A stretch of 64,000 nt of DNA from assembly GCF_009914755.1 (NCBI RefSeq), contig NC_060943.1. One strand, written 5' to 3'. This document shows, piece after piece, positions 61,237-64,000 of the stretch. Position 1 is the stretch's first letter; each line of letters starts with the position of its first letter. The notes beneath the pieces were generated by a model, which was not told where the DNA came from, did no database searches, and saw only the letters and a program-made list of their open reading frames with translations. The stretch is from the human T2T-CHM13v2.0 reference genome, Homo sapiens. Both the position numbers and the translations under genes were made by a program.

Positions 61237-61944
61237 TTATCCATGATTTCTTCATTTTGTTGTTTTAAGCATGCTTTTAAGACATACTGGATAACTAGTA
61301 AAAATTGTATACAATTTCAAATGACATTTCAGATAAGTTTTATTGACTTAATGCTCTGATAATAAAATTATAACAATCAGTATTATTCTGATTTATTGCA
61401 ATTTTTACTTTCATTTTGTAATGGACTTGGTGCATTCCAGCATTGAATGTAATGTTGCTGCCATCTCAAGGTCACTCACTGAAAATGAGGTGGCTCACTC
61501 CAGTTTAGTGCACTAAAGCACATCAGTAACCGAGGGCTTTATGGATGAAAATACCACTTTGTGGTCACGTCGCAGTAAATCTAAACTTTTATTTGCAATG
61601 AAACAATGGGTTTTATACACAATTTTAAATGAAAACATACTCCAGTCATGCTACTATGGCAATGTGAGTACCGGATCTGTGAGAGAAAAGGCTTTTATAT
61701 CGCAGTCCAGGGGAAGAAATGTCAGTGCATGAAATTGAAGAACCATCTGTGCCACTGGCATATTGACACAGCGTCATCCAGATACAGTGGTTTCTTTAGA
61801 AAGAGACATCGTCCTTGAGTTTATTTTTCGTTCGTAAAGCACGCTTGGCTATTTTCCCTCCCTCTTCAATCTTTCCCAGTTGGTGACCTCCACCACCCTG
61901 ACACTCTTCCGTCTGGATTTATCAAAACTACCCTTAACATGAAT

Positions 61945-62600
61945 AAACAGTTCACGGAAAAGGAAATGCCAATGAGCCGATTCAAGGAGATACATGTTTT
62001 GCCTAACAGATTGTCAAAGATCAACTTTCGATCACACTGGTTTGGCAAGGTAGTGCTGTAAATTAAAAAAGAGGAATATGTGGTGATAGTTTCCAAATTT
62101 TAAAATGCATATACCTTCTGACCAGCAATCTCATCTCTAAAAATGTATCTGTCAGATCTATACATACGTGTGCACACAGAGATGTATGTACAAGGAAATT
62201 TATCACAGCAAAAGACTGGAAACAAACTAAATGTCCATCAACAGAAGAGATGTAAATTATGGTCAATCCATAAAACGGAACACTGTACAGCCTTTGAAAT
62301 CAACAAGGCAGCTCTGTATGTACCGATATGGCACAATTTCTGAGATCATACAGTTAAGTAAAAAAAAAAAAAAAAAAAAAGCAACTGCAAAACATTGTGT
62401 ATAGTGTGCTTAGGGTGTACGTATTTGCATAGAATCTCTGTGGAAAACACAATCAGCCACTAACAATGGTTCTTTTGTAGGAAGAACTAGGGGACTGGTA
62501 ACAGGGTGGGAGAGACTTACAATTCATTATAAACTCATTTTGTTTTGAATTGTATACCGTATATAAGTATTAACTACTTGAAATGTACACATAAAAATAA
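61945..62600 (+). mobile_element. L1ME 3' fragment
   Basis: aaatgcatataccttctgaccagcaatc and actggaaacaaactaaatgtccatcaa. Confidence 0.78.
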
Positions 62601-62665
62601 GACACTTCCAAAACTGCTTTGGATTGTAATTCAAATAAAAAGTCAATATTTACGAAGAAAAGACT

Positions 62666-62995
62666 GGCCAGGCTCAATGGCTCACATTTGTAATCCCAGC
62701 CTGTTGGGAGGCTGTGGCAGGAGGATCACTTGAACCCAAGAGTTCAAGATCAACTTTGTTTTGGACAACAAAGTGAGACCCGTCTCTACAAAAAAATATA
62801 AAAATCAGCTGAGCTGGTGGTGCACACCCGTAGTCCTAGCTACTCAGGAGGCTGAGGCAGGAGGATCGCTTCGGCCCAGGAGGTCGAGGCTGCAGTGAGC
62901 TATGATTGCACCACTGTACTCCAGCCTGGGTGACAGAGCAAGATCCTGTCTGAAAAAAAAAAAAAGAAAGAGAGAAAGAAAGAAAGAAAAAATAA
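62666..62995 (+). mobile_element. AluJ with purine-rich tail
   Basis: Diverged dimer followed by GAAA and GGGA repeats. Confidence 0.92.
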
Positions 62996-63177
62996 AGAAG
63001 GGAGGGAGGGAGTAGGGGAGGGAGGGAAAGAAGTCACAGAGGAGAGGACAGAAGTAGAAGGATACAAGAAGGGCGGGTGGGGGCTGCCACTGGGGGACAG
63101 GGGCTTGCTTCCCTTCACCGTCCTTCCCGCATCCCCCCTTGACCATTTCTCTGTTCTAATCCAGCCTGGATTCACAT

Positions 63178-63510
63178 TTCTTTTTCATTTTTTTTTCTTT
63201 TTTTTTTTTTTTTTTTTTTTTGAGACAGACTCTCACTCTGTCACCCAGGCTGGAGTGTAGTGGCACAATTTCGGCTCACTGCAACCTCTGCCTCCCAGGT
63301 TTCAAGCAATTCTCTTGCCTCAGCCTCCTAAGTAGCTGGGATTACAGGCATGTGCCACCACGCCCAGCTAATTTTTGTATTTTTAGTAGAGATGGGGTTT
63401 TTCCATGTTGGCCTCACTGAGGCTGGTCTTAAACTCCTGACCTCAGGTGACCCACCTGCCTCAACCTCCCAAAGTGCTGGGATTACAAGCGTGAGCCACC
63501 GTACCTGGCC
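63178..63510 (-). mobile_element. AluS
   Basis: Long T tract followed by a reverse dimer. Confidence 0.94.
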
Positions 63511-64000
63511 TGAATTTGCATTTCTTCCTTAATCTCCTCACATCTTCCATTCTCCTCTCACTTCCCATTTATTCTCCTCTGCATTTCCATTCACTCTCCT
63601 AGTGGTCAATTCTCATTTCAATTTCTCTGGTTTCTCATGTTCTGCCTGTCTCTGAGGATTCTCCCCAGCCCCCTCCATGAGGAGGACCAGAGCCAGCCCT
63701 TCTGTGCTCGTGCCAGTGTACAACCGGGCTTGCCAGGTACACACTGCGTGCACCCGGGACGCCCAAATAGTGTGAACAAGCCGCGTTGCGGTTAACAGCC
63801 CCATCTGTCATCTGCCCTCTTCTGGAACTCAAAGTGTTCAGCAGAGAGTTGTCTGTGTATCTTCTTCTCTAAGTCCAGATACCACAGTGATGAACAATAT
63901 ATCTGCCCCTTGACCAGCACTGGCCAACATGTAGAAGAAATGCATCCAGGATGGGGTCTAAAAATCTGGAGATATTTCACGCATTTGGGGTGGGTCTCAG

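Overview
This is non-coding primate genomic DNA, most likely human or another great ape (it contains an L1PA2-type and an AluYe5-type element). I see no credible protein-coding exon, RNA gene or processed pseudogene; every ORF I can recognise is an Alu or L1 translation, and the rest match nothing I know. Roughly 60% (by eye) is interspersed repeat: about 40 Alu elements or fragments; two near-full-length ancient L1s (L1ME-type, + strand, ~10.1-17.8 kb; L1MA9-type, - strand, ~32.5-41.3 kb); several 5'-truncated L1PA/PB/MB copies; solo LTRs (two MER41A, MLT2A2, MER21, LTR33, MST, MLT1); DNA-transposon fossils (MER1B, MER47A, MER5); and MIR/L2 remnants. Repeat-free islands between them are rich in homeodomain, SOX, FOX and T-box motifs and look like a developmental enhancer landscape, but this is inferred from motifs only. 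I cannot support a previously undescribed biological system here. The most unusual signals are repair and retrotransposition scars: a ~310-bp local copy inserted into a MIR, a 36-bp segment apparently copied from one L1 copy 21 kb away, three hairpin/template-switch clusters, and a twin-primed L1 with a large deletion. Subfamily calls come from recalled consensus sequences and need RepeatMasker/Dfam confirmation. Ends of old repeats are approximate.
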